A stretch of DNA of 64,000 nt from Holosporaceae bacterium (GCA_036881885.1 JBAJNL010000001.1:2377-66376); one strand, 5' to 3'; counted from the first letter of the stretch, positions 28,003 through 38,007 are shown. Translations and numbers: made by a program. The notes: generated by a model from the sequence alone, not told the origin.

Positions 28003-29313
28003 ATGAAGCTTCAATCTCTTTCGTTCAATCCCTTGATACGTTTTAATCACCTAGCGCTGCAGCGGTTTTGTGTGGTGTTATTGATGACAGCAAGCACGCA
28101 AAGCTTTGCTGTTGTGCTGAAAGACGGCCAAGAAGAACCCCAAGCGGCATCTTGTACGCAAACAGCCGATCCAAACGTTTCTGTTCTTGAAGCAGCCGTA
28201 TCCCAGCCAGTATGGCCGGCACCTGTCGGTGATGTGGGCACGATGCAGCTAACCGAACAAGGTCATATCTTTTTTCAAGGAGAGTCCACTCTGCGTGGGT
28301 TCACCGGCAATATCATGATGGATAATAAAGAGCCCAAGGCCTTTACGTTGCCTTTAAGTTGGGCGATTGATTGCCACGGCTTTTTGCAGCCTCAAGGACG
28401 TTTTGAAGCTTTTGCCCAAGTTTTAAAAGCAACGTGGGATCGGCGCGCTGATTGGAAAGAAGCGCCTGGTCTTTCAGATTTGGCCAAAGAGACTACACCC
28501 CATATTTTGCGTCATCTTTCCCAAAGTGAGGATGTTTTGCCGCAACCTACCTTTCCAACACGTGATGGCGAGACAACGTGGTTTGGAACAAACACGCAAT
28601 CAAGGTCGGGCTATACGCTGCACCCGGTTGAAGAGGTGAAAGATTCAGTGTTTGTGCGTGTTTATGACAGGCCTTTTACATTGGTTGACCCCCAACAAGA
28701 ACCTTATTTACCAGATCAAACCTTTTATTTGGTCGAGATTTTTTTAAAGGGCATGGTGTGCCTTGGGCATGACGAAGTCAAAAGCGTGGGTGCTGGTTTT
28801 GAGCCATCTGCTGAGCCGTTTGATAAAAGGCAGCGCATGCTGACGCATCAAGGTAAAGTGCAGCATCCATGTGGGTGGGTGACGGCATCCCTTGGTGCAC
28901 TGATCAGTGAAGAGGGTAAAGCTTTTATTCTTGAGGGCGCTGATGAAAAAGATAGCGGCTACACGTTCTTGCAAGGCATGCCAAAAGCCTATAACAACGG
29001 TCTTTGTGTGCACAATGAAAGCTTTAATACGCTTGAACAATCAACGGTGTGCCCACTAAGGTTGGCATCAGGCCTTCGTTTTTTCACGGCGCATGACGGC
29101 TTGGTGCAAGAAAGCACTGCAGAGGGCTTGCGGCAAAACGTTGAAAAGGAAACCGAAAAGGCGCTTGATGCCGCCGCAAGAGAAACTGACAGAGCGGTTG
29201 CCGAAGTGGCGCGTGCCACCAACAGAGCCGCCGCCGAAGTGGCTCGCGGCACCCAAAGAACGACGAAAGAGATAGAGCGTGGGATGAAAAGGCTGGGACG
29301 CTTTTTCAAATAA
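28003..29313 (+). CDS. hypothetical secreted protein, paralog family P (member 2) with C-terminal 4 x 11-mer repeat
   Basis: An AAGGA SD lies 8 nt upstream. It shares blocks with 25414..26757. The tail reads RETDRAVAEVA/RATNRAAAEVA/RGTQRTTKEIE/RGMKRLGRFFK. Confidence 0.55.
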   Translation: MKLQSLSFNPLIRFNHLALQRFCVVLLMTASTQSFAVVLKDGQEEPQAASCTQTADPNVSVLEAAVSQPVWPAPVGDVGTMQLTEQGHIFFQGESTLRGFTGNIMMDNKEPKAFTLPLSWAIDCHGFLQPQGRFEAFAQVLKATWDRRADWKEAPGLSDLAKETTPHILRHLSQSEDVLPQPTFPTRDGETTWFGTNTQSRSGYTLHPVEEVKDSVFVRVYDRPFTLVDPQQEPYLPDQTFYLVEIFLKGMVCLGHDEVKSVGAGFEPSAEPFDKRQRMLTHQGKVQHPCGWVTASLGALISEEGKAFILEGADEKDSGYTFLQGMPKAYNNGLCVHNESFNTLEQSTVCPLRLASGLRFFTAHDGLVQESTAEGLRQNVEKETEKALDAAARETDRAVAEVARATNRAAAEVARGTQRTTKEIERGMKRLGRFFK

Positions 29314-29328
29314 GTTTTAAGGTGCGCG

Positions 29329-31191
29329 CTACACAACGGTGACCGATTTGGCCAGGTTGCGGGGTCGGTCAACGTCATGGCCCAAGGCCGCGGCAACATC
29401 ATAAGCCAAAAGCTGCAGGGCCACCGTTTGCGTGAAAACAGACAACACTTCAGGCACGTCAGGCAAGACCAGGGCGTGCTTTTTTTGCAGTGTATTAAGG
29501 GCCGTAAAACCAGTTTCGTCGGTTAAAATAAGGGCGTTGGCGCCGCGCGCCATAACCTCTTGAATGTTGGCCAGCGTTTTTAAGAAAAAGGGGCCAGAAG
29601 GTGCTAAAATCAAAACCGGCAGACCTTCTTCGACAAGAGCCATGGGCCCATGCTTAATTTCGCCGGCGGCATAACCTTCGGCATGAATATAGGTGATCTC
29701 TTTCATCTTAAGGGCACCCTCAAGCGCCATGGCAAAGAAAGGTCCGCGACCCAAATACAGCATAGATTTGGCGCCCACAAGCGTTTGGGCTTTTTGTTGA
29801 AACGTGTGTGACAAGGCCAGGGTTTGGGCCAAGGCGTCAGGCAGTTGCTCAAAGGCATCAATGATGTCGCCGCGTTGTTTGTCTGAAAGCGTCTTGCGCT
29901 CTTTGGCGGCCTCAAGCGCGATAAACATCAACACCAAAAGCTGGGCGACAAAAGCTTTTGTTGAGGCCACGCTCATTTCGGGGCCGGCGCATAATGGGAA
30001 AATGGTGTCCGAAAGGCGGCCCATGGCACTGTCTGTTGTGTTCAGCAAAGAAAACGTGTGTTGATGGTGCTTTTTGGCGTGACCTAAAGCCGCCAGCGTG
30101 TCTGCGGTTTCGCCTGATTGCGAAATAAAGCCCACAGCACCCCCTTTGGGAAACGAGGGAACTTTTAACGGAAACTCAGAGGCCACATCCATCAGTGTTG
30201 GCAAGTGAGCCCACATCTCAAAAAACGTGGCGCCCAGCATGGCCGCATAAGAGGCCGTGCCGCAAGCCGTTAAGCGCAGTAACGAAAGATCGCTCCACTT
30301 AAAGGGTACTTTGGGCAAATCAAGCCGGTGAATATGGTGGGTATAGTGATCAAGCAGCGCATGCACCACTTTGGGCTGCTCCCAAATCTCTTTGTGCATA
30401 AAGTGCGGGTGGTCGCCGCGGCACAAAACATTGTCCATGGGGTGTTGTTTGCTGTACGCAGGCTGCTTTTTCTGACCCTTGTGCCAAAGGGTGATGCCAT
30501 CTGCAGACAACAGGGCAAGCTCTTGATCGTCAAGGTAAGCAATCTGTTCGACCAAATTGCCAAGGCTAATGGCGTCTGAACCTGCTGCACACACGCCGTT
30601 TTTATAGCCAACGGCTAACGGGTTGTGGCCTTGCCTGAAGGCAATCAGCGTGTCTTCAAAACCACGCACTAAAAACAAAACCGCAAACGAGCCTTCAAAA
30701 CCCTTCAATGTGTTGGCCACCAAAGCAGGCAAGTGCTCTTGCTGCACAGGCTTTGTTTGCGCGGCTTGCGCTAATGCGCGCTCAAGCGCATACGAGAACA
30801 GCTCAGCGTCGGTTTCACTTTCAAAAACAGCGCCTTCGTTTTCAAAGTGTTTACGCAAGGCTTCCATATTCTCAACAATACCGTTTTGAACCACCAGCAC
30901 GTTTTGTGTGCCGTGTGGGTGCGCGTTTTCAAGCGTCACATTGCCATGGGTGGCCCAGCGTGTTTGGCCAATGCCTGCATTGCTGGCAATACTGTCGTTG
31001 GCTTGGGCTTTTTGTGCGATGCAGTCACGCAGGGCCTGAATGCGCCCAATCGAGCGTGTGCGCCACAAGGCTTCCTTGTTCCACAAGCCAATACCGGCCG
31101 AATCATATCCGCGGTATTCAAGGCGCTCTAAGCCTTCTAAAAGAGCCTCACGCACATCAGTTTGCCCAGTAATGCCAATAATACCACACAT
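29329..31191 (-). CDS. glmS: glutamine--fructose-6-phosphate aminotransferase
   Basis: It has the N-terminal nucleophile MCGIIGI, two SIS domains and the C-terminal LAKSVTVV. Confidence 0.95.
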   Translation of the reverse strand: MCGIIGITGQTDVREALLEGLERLEYRGYDSAGIGLWNKEALWRTRSIGRIQALRDCIAQKAQANDSIASNAGIGQTRWATHGNVTLENAHPHGTQNVLVVQNGIVENMEALRKHFENEGAVFESETDAELFSYALERALAQAAQTKPVQQEHLPALVANTLKGFEGSFAVLFLVRGFEDTLIAFRQGHNPLAVGYKNGVCAAGSDAISLGNLVEQIAYLDDQELALLSADGITLWHKGQKKQPAYSKQHPMDNVLCRGDHPHFMHKEIWEQPKVVHALLDHYTHHIHRLDLPKVPFKWSDLSLLRLTACGTASYAAMLGATFFEMWAHLPTLMDVASEFPLKVPSFPKGGAVGFISQSGETADTLAALGHAKKHHQHTFSLLNTTDSAMGRLSDTIFPLCAGPEMSVASTKAFVAQLLVLMFIALEAAKERKTLSDKQRGDIIDAFEQLPDALAQTLALSHTFQQKAQTLVGAKSMLYLGRGPFFAMALEGALKMKEITYIHAEGYAAGEIKHGPMALVEEGLPVLILAPSGPFFLKTLANIQEVMARGANALILTDETGFTALNTLQKKHALVLPDVPEVLSVFTQTVALQLLAYDVAAALGHDVDRPRNLAKSVTVV

Positions 31192-31224
31192 AAGACTGTA
31201 CTTTGCTCCAATGGTTTAGGGTTG

Positions 31225-32559
31225 TTATAAGGTTTTAAGATTTTTTTTCTTTTTACAAGGGTGCAGTGACGTTTTTGCGCGTGCCACTGCCAGTGTATCA
31301 CTGGGCACGTTTTGCGTTAGCGTGCTGCCGGCGCCCACAAAGGCGTTTTTTCCAATGGTTAAAGGTGCTATCAGCGCGGTGTTGCTGCCAATAAAAGCGT
31401 TTTCTTCAAGAACCGTTTGATGCTTTTTGGCGCCATCAAAATTGCATGTGATTGTGCCGGCTCCCACCAAAACATGATCTTTCAGTGTGGCGTCGCCCAA
31501 GTAGGTGTGGTGCTTGGCTTTAACTTTTTTACCAAGGGTGCTGCGTTTGACTTCAACAAAGTTCCCCAAAACCGTCTCTTGCCCCACGTGTGTTTTTTCT
31601 GACAAGTGGGCTGAAGGGCCAATGACAGCGTTCTTTTCCACGTGCGTGTGTGACAGGGTGCAAAACGATTTAATATGCGCGCCTTTCTCAATCACAACGC
31701 CGGGGCCAAAAACCACAAAGGGGTCAATCACCACATCGGCGTCCAGCTGTGTGTCGCACGCTAAAAAAGTGGATGCTGGGTCTTTAAGGGTGACGCCGCG
31801 TGCCAAAGCTTCAGCGCGCAGCTCGTCTTGCAAAAGGGCCTCGCTGTGTGCCAAATCAGCCTTGGTGTTAATACCTAAAAACTTTTTGGCGCTGCCCTCG
31901 ATAAAAAAGGTCTTTTGGTCGTTAAAAAGGGCATGCTCAACCAGCGCGGTTAAATAAAGCTCTTTGGTGGCGGGGCTTGGCGGGATATTGGTCAAAAGCT
32001 CAATGGCGGCGGGCGCACACCACATAACGCCTGTGTGGCAAAGTGTTTCAGCTTTCTCAGCGGGGTTGGCGTCCTTTTCTTCCACAAGGCGCTTGACAAA
32101 ACCCCTGTCATCTAAAAGACAGCGGCCATACCCTTTGGGGTCGTCGGGGCGCATGGCCACAAGGCCGATTGTCTCGTGCGCTGTTTTGGGGTGGTCCACA
32201 AGTTGGTGCAAAAGCAGTGCAGGCACCAAAGGGGCATCGCCCATCAATACCAACAGATTGGCGTCTTGATGGGTTGAGTGTTCTAGCGCATACAAAAGGG
32301 CATCGGCGGTGCCGCGTGGCTCGTCTTGTACCACAACCCGTCCGTTGCGTCCTTGCACCATGTCTTGAAACAGCGTCTCTTGCGTTAAAGCGTGCGAGGC
32401 TACCACAATCAGTTCCTCAGGCTCAAGCGCTGCAGCCGTTGTCAGCACATGATCTAAAATAGGTTTGCCTGCCAAAGGATGCAAAACCTTGGACGTTTGC
32501 GAGAGAAAACGTTTACTCTGTCCAGCGGCTAAAATAACAAGGCGCAATGGGTCTTTCAC
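31225..32559 (-). CDS. glmU: bifunctional GlcNAc-1-P uridyltransferase / GlcN-1-P acetyltransferase
   Basis: It has LAAGQSKRF at the N-terminus and a left-handed beta-helix hexapeptide C-half. It lies upstream of glmS. Confidence 0.9.
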   Translation of the reverse strand: MKDPLRLVILAAGQSKRFLSQTSKVLHPLAGKPILDHVLTTAAALEPEELIVVASHALTQETLFQDMVQGRNGRVVVQDEPRGTADALLYALEHSTHQDANLLVLMGDAPLVPALLLHQLVDHPKTAHETIGLVAMRPDDPKGYGRCLLDDRGFVKRLVEEKDANPAEKAETLCHTGVMWCAPAAIELLTNIPPSPATKELYLTALVEHALFNDQKTFFIEGSAKKFLGINTKADLAHSEALLQDELRAEALARGVTLKDPASTFLACDTQLDADVVIDPFVVFGPGVVIEKGAHIKSFCTLSHTHVEKNAVIGPSAHLSEKTHVGQETVLGNFVEVKRSTLGKKVKAKHHTYLGDATLKDHVLVGAGTITCNFDGAKKHQTVLEENAFIGSNTALIAPLTIGKNAFVGAGSTLTQNVPSDTLAVARAKTSLHPCKKKKNLKTL

Positions 32560-32645
32560 AAAAGCCTATTGTTTTTGGGAACATTTGGACCTTTTTACCA
32601 CAAGAACCCAGCCATGGTCAAAATTTTTAAGATGCCTTCTACACT

Positions 32646-32750
32646 GTCATTGCAAGGAGAAACGTTGTTTCGACGTGGCAATCCACCTGTGCTTTGGCCA
32701 ATTGAGGTGCGCGGCAAGTGGATCACCCGGGGCTTCGCCTTTGCGATGAC
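32646..32750 (+). repeat. Palindromic repeat unit A-B
   Basis: GTCATTGCAAGGAG...CGACGTGGCAATCCACCTGTGCTTTGGCC is followed by GTGGATCACCCGGGGCTTCGCCTTTGCGATGAC. Confidence 0.9.
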
Positions 32751-32760
32751 ATTTTTGGTT

Positions 32761-34605
32761 TTAGGGTTTCTCGTACCACCAGGCATAAATTGAGGGCACA
32801 AAGATGCGCGTCAATTGCGGGTGGTGCATATGCGACCAAAAGGCCACGTGCTCGGTACCCCGATAAAAAAGAGGCGTCATAAAGTGTTGCGAGCGCAAGA
32901 CACGGTCCAACAAACGCATCAGGGCCTGCTGCTCTTCTGATGTTTTCGAGTCAATAACACGGTCGCACAGCTCGTCAACCACTTTCAACGAAACGCCTGC
33001 ATGATTGCGCGAGGGTACATCGGCAAAGTAGCTGCCATAATAAAGCTCTTGCTCAACGCCCGGTGACAGGCCTGTGCCATAAAAGGTGATCATCATGTCA
33101 TAATCACGCTTTAAAACGCGGTCTTGATGTTGGGCGCTGTCAATCACTTGAAGGCGCAATGTAATGCCCGCTTTTTGCAAAACGCGTTTGTAAGACAAAA
33201 CCAGCTTGTCAAAGCGGTTGCCGCTTAAAATCAGCGTCAGCACAAGCGGTTTGCCCGTTTTGGCATTGCGCATCAGGCCGTCTTTGTAAACCCATCCTGC
33301 CTGCTTTAAAAGGGCATGGGCTTTTCTAATGGCCGGGCGCATGCCTTTACCTTGGCTTTCAAAAACAGGATCCAAGGTGTCCATTGCGCCATCGGGCAAA
33401 GGTGACTTCAGCGTGCCAAGCAAGGTCTTTTGTGCATCGGTTAATTCATCTTCAGCTTTAAAGGGGGTGTCGGCATAATGGCTGGCACTGCGTTGCAACG
33501 CATTATAGAACAGGTTTTTGTTGATCCAGTCAAAGTCAAACAAAAGGCCTAAGGCTTTGCGCACAAGGGGCTGGCCAAGAGGGGGGCGCTTTGAGTTATA
33601 AATCAAAAAGGCCACAACCGCGGCATCGTTAAACGAGACCACCTGTGTTTTGACGCGGCCGTCAACCACTGCCCTGAAAGAGTAATTGTTGTGCCAGCAT
33701 TGGGGGTCAGCCTCAGACCAATAATGAATGTCGCCTGTTTTAAAGGCTTCAAAGGCGACGGTTGTCGAGCCAAAATACTCGTACGTTAAGGTGTCAAAGT
33801 TATAAAGGCCTTTTACGCAAGGCAAATCTTTGCCCCAATAGTCGGCGCGGCGCTTAAACGTAATCGCGCGCCCTGCGTCAACCGCTTTGACGGCATAAGG
33901 GCCCGAGCCCAAGAAAGGTTTCATGCCGCGGTCAGTAAAGCCGTTTTCTTTGATGTCTTTTTCTGAAAGCACAATGCGTTGTGCAAGCACAAACGGTGCC
34001 TCGCGATCATAGGTGCCGTTGGGCAGGGGGTTAAAGGTAATCTTAACGGCATAGCGCGACAAAACGTCGATGCTTTTGATTTTTGCGGCATAGGTTTTAT
34101 GGGTGGGGCCGCCTTCTTTGGCCAATGTTTCAAACGTAAACTTAACGTCCGAGGCCAAAACGGGTGATCCATCAGCAAAACGTGCTTTGGGGTTAATGTA
34201 ATAAATCACCCACGAGCGATCTTCGGCTACCTCAACATATTGGGCCAAGCGCCCATAAAGGGTGTAGGGCTCAAAGGGACATTTTTCCATCAGTGTATCA
34301 TAGGGAAGATAGTGATAGCGGCCCACGCCCTCGGCGCAGGTGGCGCCTATCAAAAACGGATTCAGGGTGTCAAAACCATTTTTAATCACCGCAAAACGCA
34401 CATCCCCACCTTTGGGTGCATCAGCGTTATAACCATCAAAGTGGGTAAAGCCCTCTTGATAGTTAGGTGTGCCCCGCATGGCGATGGCATGCACTTTTTT
34501 TGTGGGTTTATCTGCAGCATCAGCGTACAAAGATTGAAAACCGAGTACAAAAAGTACGCAAGGCAAGATTGCCTTCATCAGTGAGGGGTATTTTTGAAAC
34601 AACAT
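32761..34605 (-). CDS. ABC transporter substrate-binding protein, family 5 (peptide/YejA-like)
   Basis: A 614-aa protein with a signal-like N-terminus and SBP_bac_5-like composition. No permease or ATPase gene is adjacent. Confidence 0.65.
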   Translation of the reverse strand: MLFQKYPSLMKAILPCVLFVLGFQSLYADAADKPTKKVHAIAMRGTPNYQEGFTHFDGYNADAPKGGDVRFAVIKNGFDTLNPFLIGATCAEGVGRYHYLPYDTLMEKCPFEPYTLYGRLAQYVEVAEDRSWVIYYINPKARFADGSPVLASDVKFTFETLAKEGGPTHKTYAAKIKSIDVLSRYAVKITFNPLPNGTYDREAPFVLAQRIVLSEKDIKENGFTDRGMKPFLGSGPYAVKAVDAGRAITFKRRADYWGKDLPCVKGLYNFDTLTYEYFGSTTVAFEAFKTGDIHYWSEADPQCWHNNYSFRAVVDGRVKTQVVSFNDAAVVAFLIYNSKRPPLGQPLVRKALGLLFDFDWINKNLFYNALQRSASHYADTPFKAEDELTDAQKTLLGTLKSPLPDGAMDTLDPVFESQGKGMRPAIRKAHALLKQAGWVYKDGLMRNAKTGKPLVLTLILSGNRFDKLVLSYKRVLQKAGITLRLQVIDSAQHQDRVLKRDYDMMITFYGTGLSPGVEQELYYGSYFADVPSRNHAGVSLKVVDELCDRVIDSKTSEEQQALMRLLDRVLRSQHFMTPLFYRGTEHVAFWSHMHHPQLTRIFVPSIYAWWYEKP

Positions 34606-34710
34606 GTTGAACCTTTAAGGACGTCAAGAAGCTAGGATTCAAACCTTTAGGCGCTTCTCTTTTGTTTTTATTGTGGTTACCATAGTCCCCATGGCCAGTG
34701 CAAGCACACG

Positions 34711-36051
34711 ATGACAAAGTCAAAGAAAACAACCACAAACGAAGATGTTCCGACGGCAAATCTAAGACGCACGTTAAAAACCGCAGGCGTTTTTGGAAAA
34801 ATTTTCCTTAAAGGTCTTGAAGAGCGTTTAGGCAAAGAGCCCGATCATCAAAAGCTGGCAGAGGCGTTGACAAAAGATTTGGGCGCCTTTAAAGGTCCCT
34901 TGATGAAAATAGGGCAAATTTTGGCAACAGTGCCAGGGATGTTGCCGCCGGCCTATGCCGAGGCCTTTTTGACCCTTAGCAACCAGGCACCACCCATGGG
35001 CCCTTTGTTTATGAAGCGCAGAATGGCGGCTGAATTAGGCGCTGACTGGCAAGCAAAGTTTAAAACGTTTGATCCAAAGCCGACGTTTGCCGCCTCGCTT
35101 GGACAAATTCACAAAGCACAAACGCTAAAGGGTGAAGCGGTGGCCGTTAAGCTGCAGTACCCGCACATGGAAGAGGTGATTGCAACGGATCTGCGTCACC
35201 TGGCTTTTTTGTGCCGCCTTTACGAACGTTTTGGCAAAGCCCTTTTCACCCAAAACCTGCAGGCCGAGCTGAAGGATCGTCTGTATGAAGAGCTTGACTA
35301 TGCGCAAGAGGCGCGCCACACCACGTGGTTTCAAGCGGCCCTTGAAGACGAAGAGGGCGTTTTGGTACCGTCGGTTTACCCAAGCCTTTCAACAAAGCGT
35401 CTTTTAACGCTGTCTTGGCTTGAGGGTGTGCCGCTTTTGCAGTTTCAAAAAGCCTCGCAACCGGTGCGCGAAAAGCTGGGGCGCAGGCTTTTTCGGGCTT
35501 GGTGGCGCCCTTTTTATCAGCTGGGTTTGCTGCATGGCGACCCACACCTTGGCAACTACACCGTTTGCCACAAAACCCATGCGATCAATCTTTTGGACTT
35601 TGGCTGTGTGCGCGTGTTTGCGCCGCGCGTGATCGAAGGCATCTTGCTTTTGTTCAAGGGCCTGCAGCAAAAAGATGATGCACTGATGCACAAAGCCTAT
35701 ACAAAAATTGGCTTTCAAAAGCTGTCGCCTGCCTTAATGAAAGCGCTTAATTTGTGGGCTGGTTTTTTATATGCGCCGCTTTTGGATGATACAAAGCGTC
35801 CCCTGATGCATGATATCAGCGGTGACGAGGGGCGCGCGGTGGCGCTTGAGGTGCACCAGATTTTGCGTGCCGAAGGCGGCGTGATGCCCCCCCGAGAGTT
35901 TGTGTTTCTAGATCGGGCTGCGGTGGGCATTGGATCAGCCCTCACACGCCTTGGCGTGCAGCTTAACTGGCACAGGCTTTTTCTTGACTTAACCCAAGGC
36001 TTTCACGCCAAAACCATGCAAGAAAAACAAAAGCAACTCTTAAACCTCTAG
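34711..36051 (+). CDS. ABC1/UbiB (AarF/ADCK) atypical kinase family protein
   Basis: Motifs FAASLGQIHKA, AVAVKLQYP, HGDPHLGN and LLDFG are present. Confidence 0.8.
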   Translation: MTKSKKTTTNEDVPTANLRRTLKTAGVFGKIFLKGLEERLGKEPDHQKLAEALTKDLGAFKGPLMKIGQILATVPGMLPPAYAEAFLTLSNQAPPMGPLFMKRRMAAELGADWQAKFKTFDPKPTFAASLGQIHKAQTLKGEAVAVKLQYPHMEEVIATDLRHLAFLCRLYERFGKALFTQNLQAELKDRLYEELDYAQEARHTTWFQAALEDEEGVLVPSVYPSLSTKRLLTLSWLEGVPLLQFQKASQPVREKLGRRLFRAWWRPFYQLGLLHGDPHLGNYTVCHKTHAINLLDFGCVRVFAPRVIEGILLLFKGLQQKDDALMHKAYTKIGFQKLSPALMKALNLWAGFLYAPLLDDTKRPLMHDISGDEGRAVALEVHQILRAEGGVMPPREFVFLDRAAVGIGSALTRLGVQLNWHRLFLDLTQGFHAKTMQEKQKQLLNL

Positions 36052-36162
36052 TGTTTTGTACAATTTTTTTAGAATAGTTGTTAAGTATTTGTTATTCTTG
36101 ACTTAATGTGAAAAATAATGAATATATTTTGACTAAATAGCCATGATGATTCAAACGGTTAA

Positions 36163-38007
36163 GTGAAAAAAATTTACAATATGGGTGTGCTGTGTTTTGC
36201 AGGCCTTTTGGGTACAACACAAATAGGCCTTGCAACCTCTCCGCGTGCATCTGACAGCGACATTGACCATGACCTTGTAGAGGGGAGGCGCGCATCTCAG
36301 AATTCAGGCAATTCGCTGGCACCCCAGTCCTCAGCACCTTCTTCAGGGGCGCCCTTTGGTGAAATACCGCCAAACCAAGAAGTCCTTTTAGGCAGGGTGT
36401 CTTCTCTTTCAACCGGGCCATCCCAGGCAAGTGTGGCCACACAGCCTGACAGCCCACCCCTTGCACAGGCTCAATTGAAAATCACGCCTACCAAGCGCCA
36501 AAGAGACGGTTCTTCCGAGAAAGACAAAGCCATGACGCCGTCGCGCAAAAAAAGGCGTACTAAAGAGGAAAACGCCGAAGACACGGCGACAAGCGCCGAG
36601 GTGCAGGAAATGGCGGTTCAGCTGCGCAAACAGATTAGCGATTTTCTTTTGCAAGGCGGTGGCGGTATCCCTTTTATCGAAACGGGTGTTTTGGTTGAGG
36701 CTGTGATGAATGGTGGGCTAAGGCCCAGCAGTCATCAACAGCCAATCACAGATGACGAGGCGATGTGTTACACACACGAGGAAGGGATGCATTTTAATGC
36801 ATTGAAAGCCATAACGCCTCGGATGTGGTGTGAGCTTTTGTCCAAAACAACACTGGTTATTAGCGGCAGCGGGACGGTACATCAGCCTGTGTTTAATCTT
36901 TCTTTTTTAAACACCTTGTGTCTTGTAAACTGTTCTGTGGTGAAAGAGCTTCCCGCCGCACCGCATCTTAAAACATTGGTGTTACATGGGTGCACGGTCA
37001 TCCCACCCATTCAAGATCAGCCAGGGCTTAAAACGCTGGATATTGCATCAGACACAACGAATGGCCAAATTCCAACCCTTAACAACTTGCCGTCTTTGGA
37101 AAGTCTTTTGCTGAAAGGGCCTGTAACCGAAAAGGGAGAACCCTTTAGCTACAGCGGTTCTCTAAAATTGCTTAACTTAACCAAGTTAGTGTTGGATTTA
37201 GAGATTGGGCGCCCACGGTTTAACGTCATGGGCCCGTTGCCGAATCTGCAAACACTGCATATCAAAAGCGCCGATCTTACAGACTATCAAATATCAGATG
37301 GGTTGGAGCATTATACAGTCCTTAAAACACTGGTGCTTGAAAACTATTATGGGAATCTTGAGATCACACATCGGCATATTAGTCAATTGACCGTGGTGTG
37401 CTCTGATGTGTTGCTGCAGTTAGGGCAGTTGCCAAACTTGGAAAGTCTTTATCTCAGTGGTGTGGATACGCAAGATGGCTTTGAGCCCCTCATGGCACCA
37501 GAAAAGATTGGTCCTTATCCTTATCTTAAAGAGATTGTTTTAAGGCATTGTGTTACAACCGCCACTGTGCATAAGACGCCCTACCTTAGGTGTCTGCGGG
37601 TTGAAGGGGTTAACAGCATTAAGAAGCTTCAGAACCTTCCCTCGCTTGAAAGCCTATCGTTAGATTTTCATGTGCTTTTTTCTAAATTGACTCTAAATAA
37701 GCTGCCAGCTCTTTCAAAGCTGTGTATCCATTTTCTCAAAAGACAGAATGAAGCGGTGGACGGTTTCCAACTGGCCTCTTTCGAACAAATCACAGAACCG
37801 GGCAAGCTTTTGTCTTCAGCGCTTTTCATCCAGGTAGCCCTGCCTTCATTAAAAAAGATGAATCTTACATTTGGCGCCCATAGCGAAGTCGATTTTGACA
37901 CCTTAAGCGAAAAAGACCAAGCTAAAGTCGAGTTGTTACCTGTGCAAAAAATCAAGCTCCCCAAGCTTGAAACCTTCCGCGTTTACAACCTCTTGTCACG
38001 CACATAA
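36163..38007 (+). CDS. secreted LRR protein with NLS-like basic cluster
   Basis: It has a signal-like N-terminus, a disordered Ser/Pro region with KRQRD...RKKRRTK (36493..36564), then more than 15 LRRs (LKTLVLHGC, LESLLLKG, LQTLHIKS, LESLYLSG, LESLSLDF). Confidence 0.65.
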   Translation: MKKIYNMGVLCFAGLLGTTQIGLATSPRASDSDIDHDLVEGRRASQNSGNSLAPQSSAPSSGAPFGEIPPNQEVLLGRVSSLSTGPSQASVATQPDSPPLAQAQLKITPTKRQRDGSSEKDKAMTPSRKKRRTKEENAEDTATSAEVQEMAVQLRKQISDFLLQGGGGIPFIETGVLVEAVMNGGLRPSSHQQPITDDEAMCYTHEEGMHFNALKAITPRMWCELLSKTTLVISGSGTVHQPVFNLSFLNTLCLVNCSVVKELPAAPHLKTLVLHGCTVIPPIQDQPGLKTLDIASDTTNGQIPTLNNLPSLESLLLKGPVTEKGEPFSYSGSLKLLNLTKLVLDLEIGRPRFNVMGPLPNLQTLHIKSADLTDYQISDGLEHYTVLKTLVLENYYGNLEITHRHISQLTVVCSDVLLQLGQLPNLESLYLSGVDTQDGFEPLMAPEKIGPYPYLKEIVLRHCVTTATVHKTPYLRCLRVEGVNSIKKLQNLPSLESLSLDFHVLFSKLTLNKLPALSKLCIHFLKRQNEAVDGFQLASFEQITEPGKLLSSALFIQVALPSLKKMNLTFGAHSEVDFDTLSEKDQAKVELLPVQKIKLPKLETFRVYNLLSRT

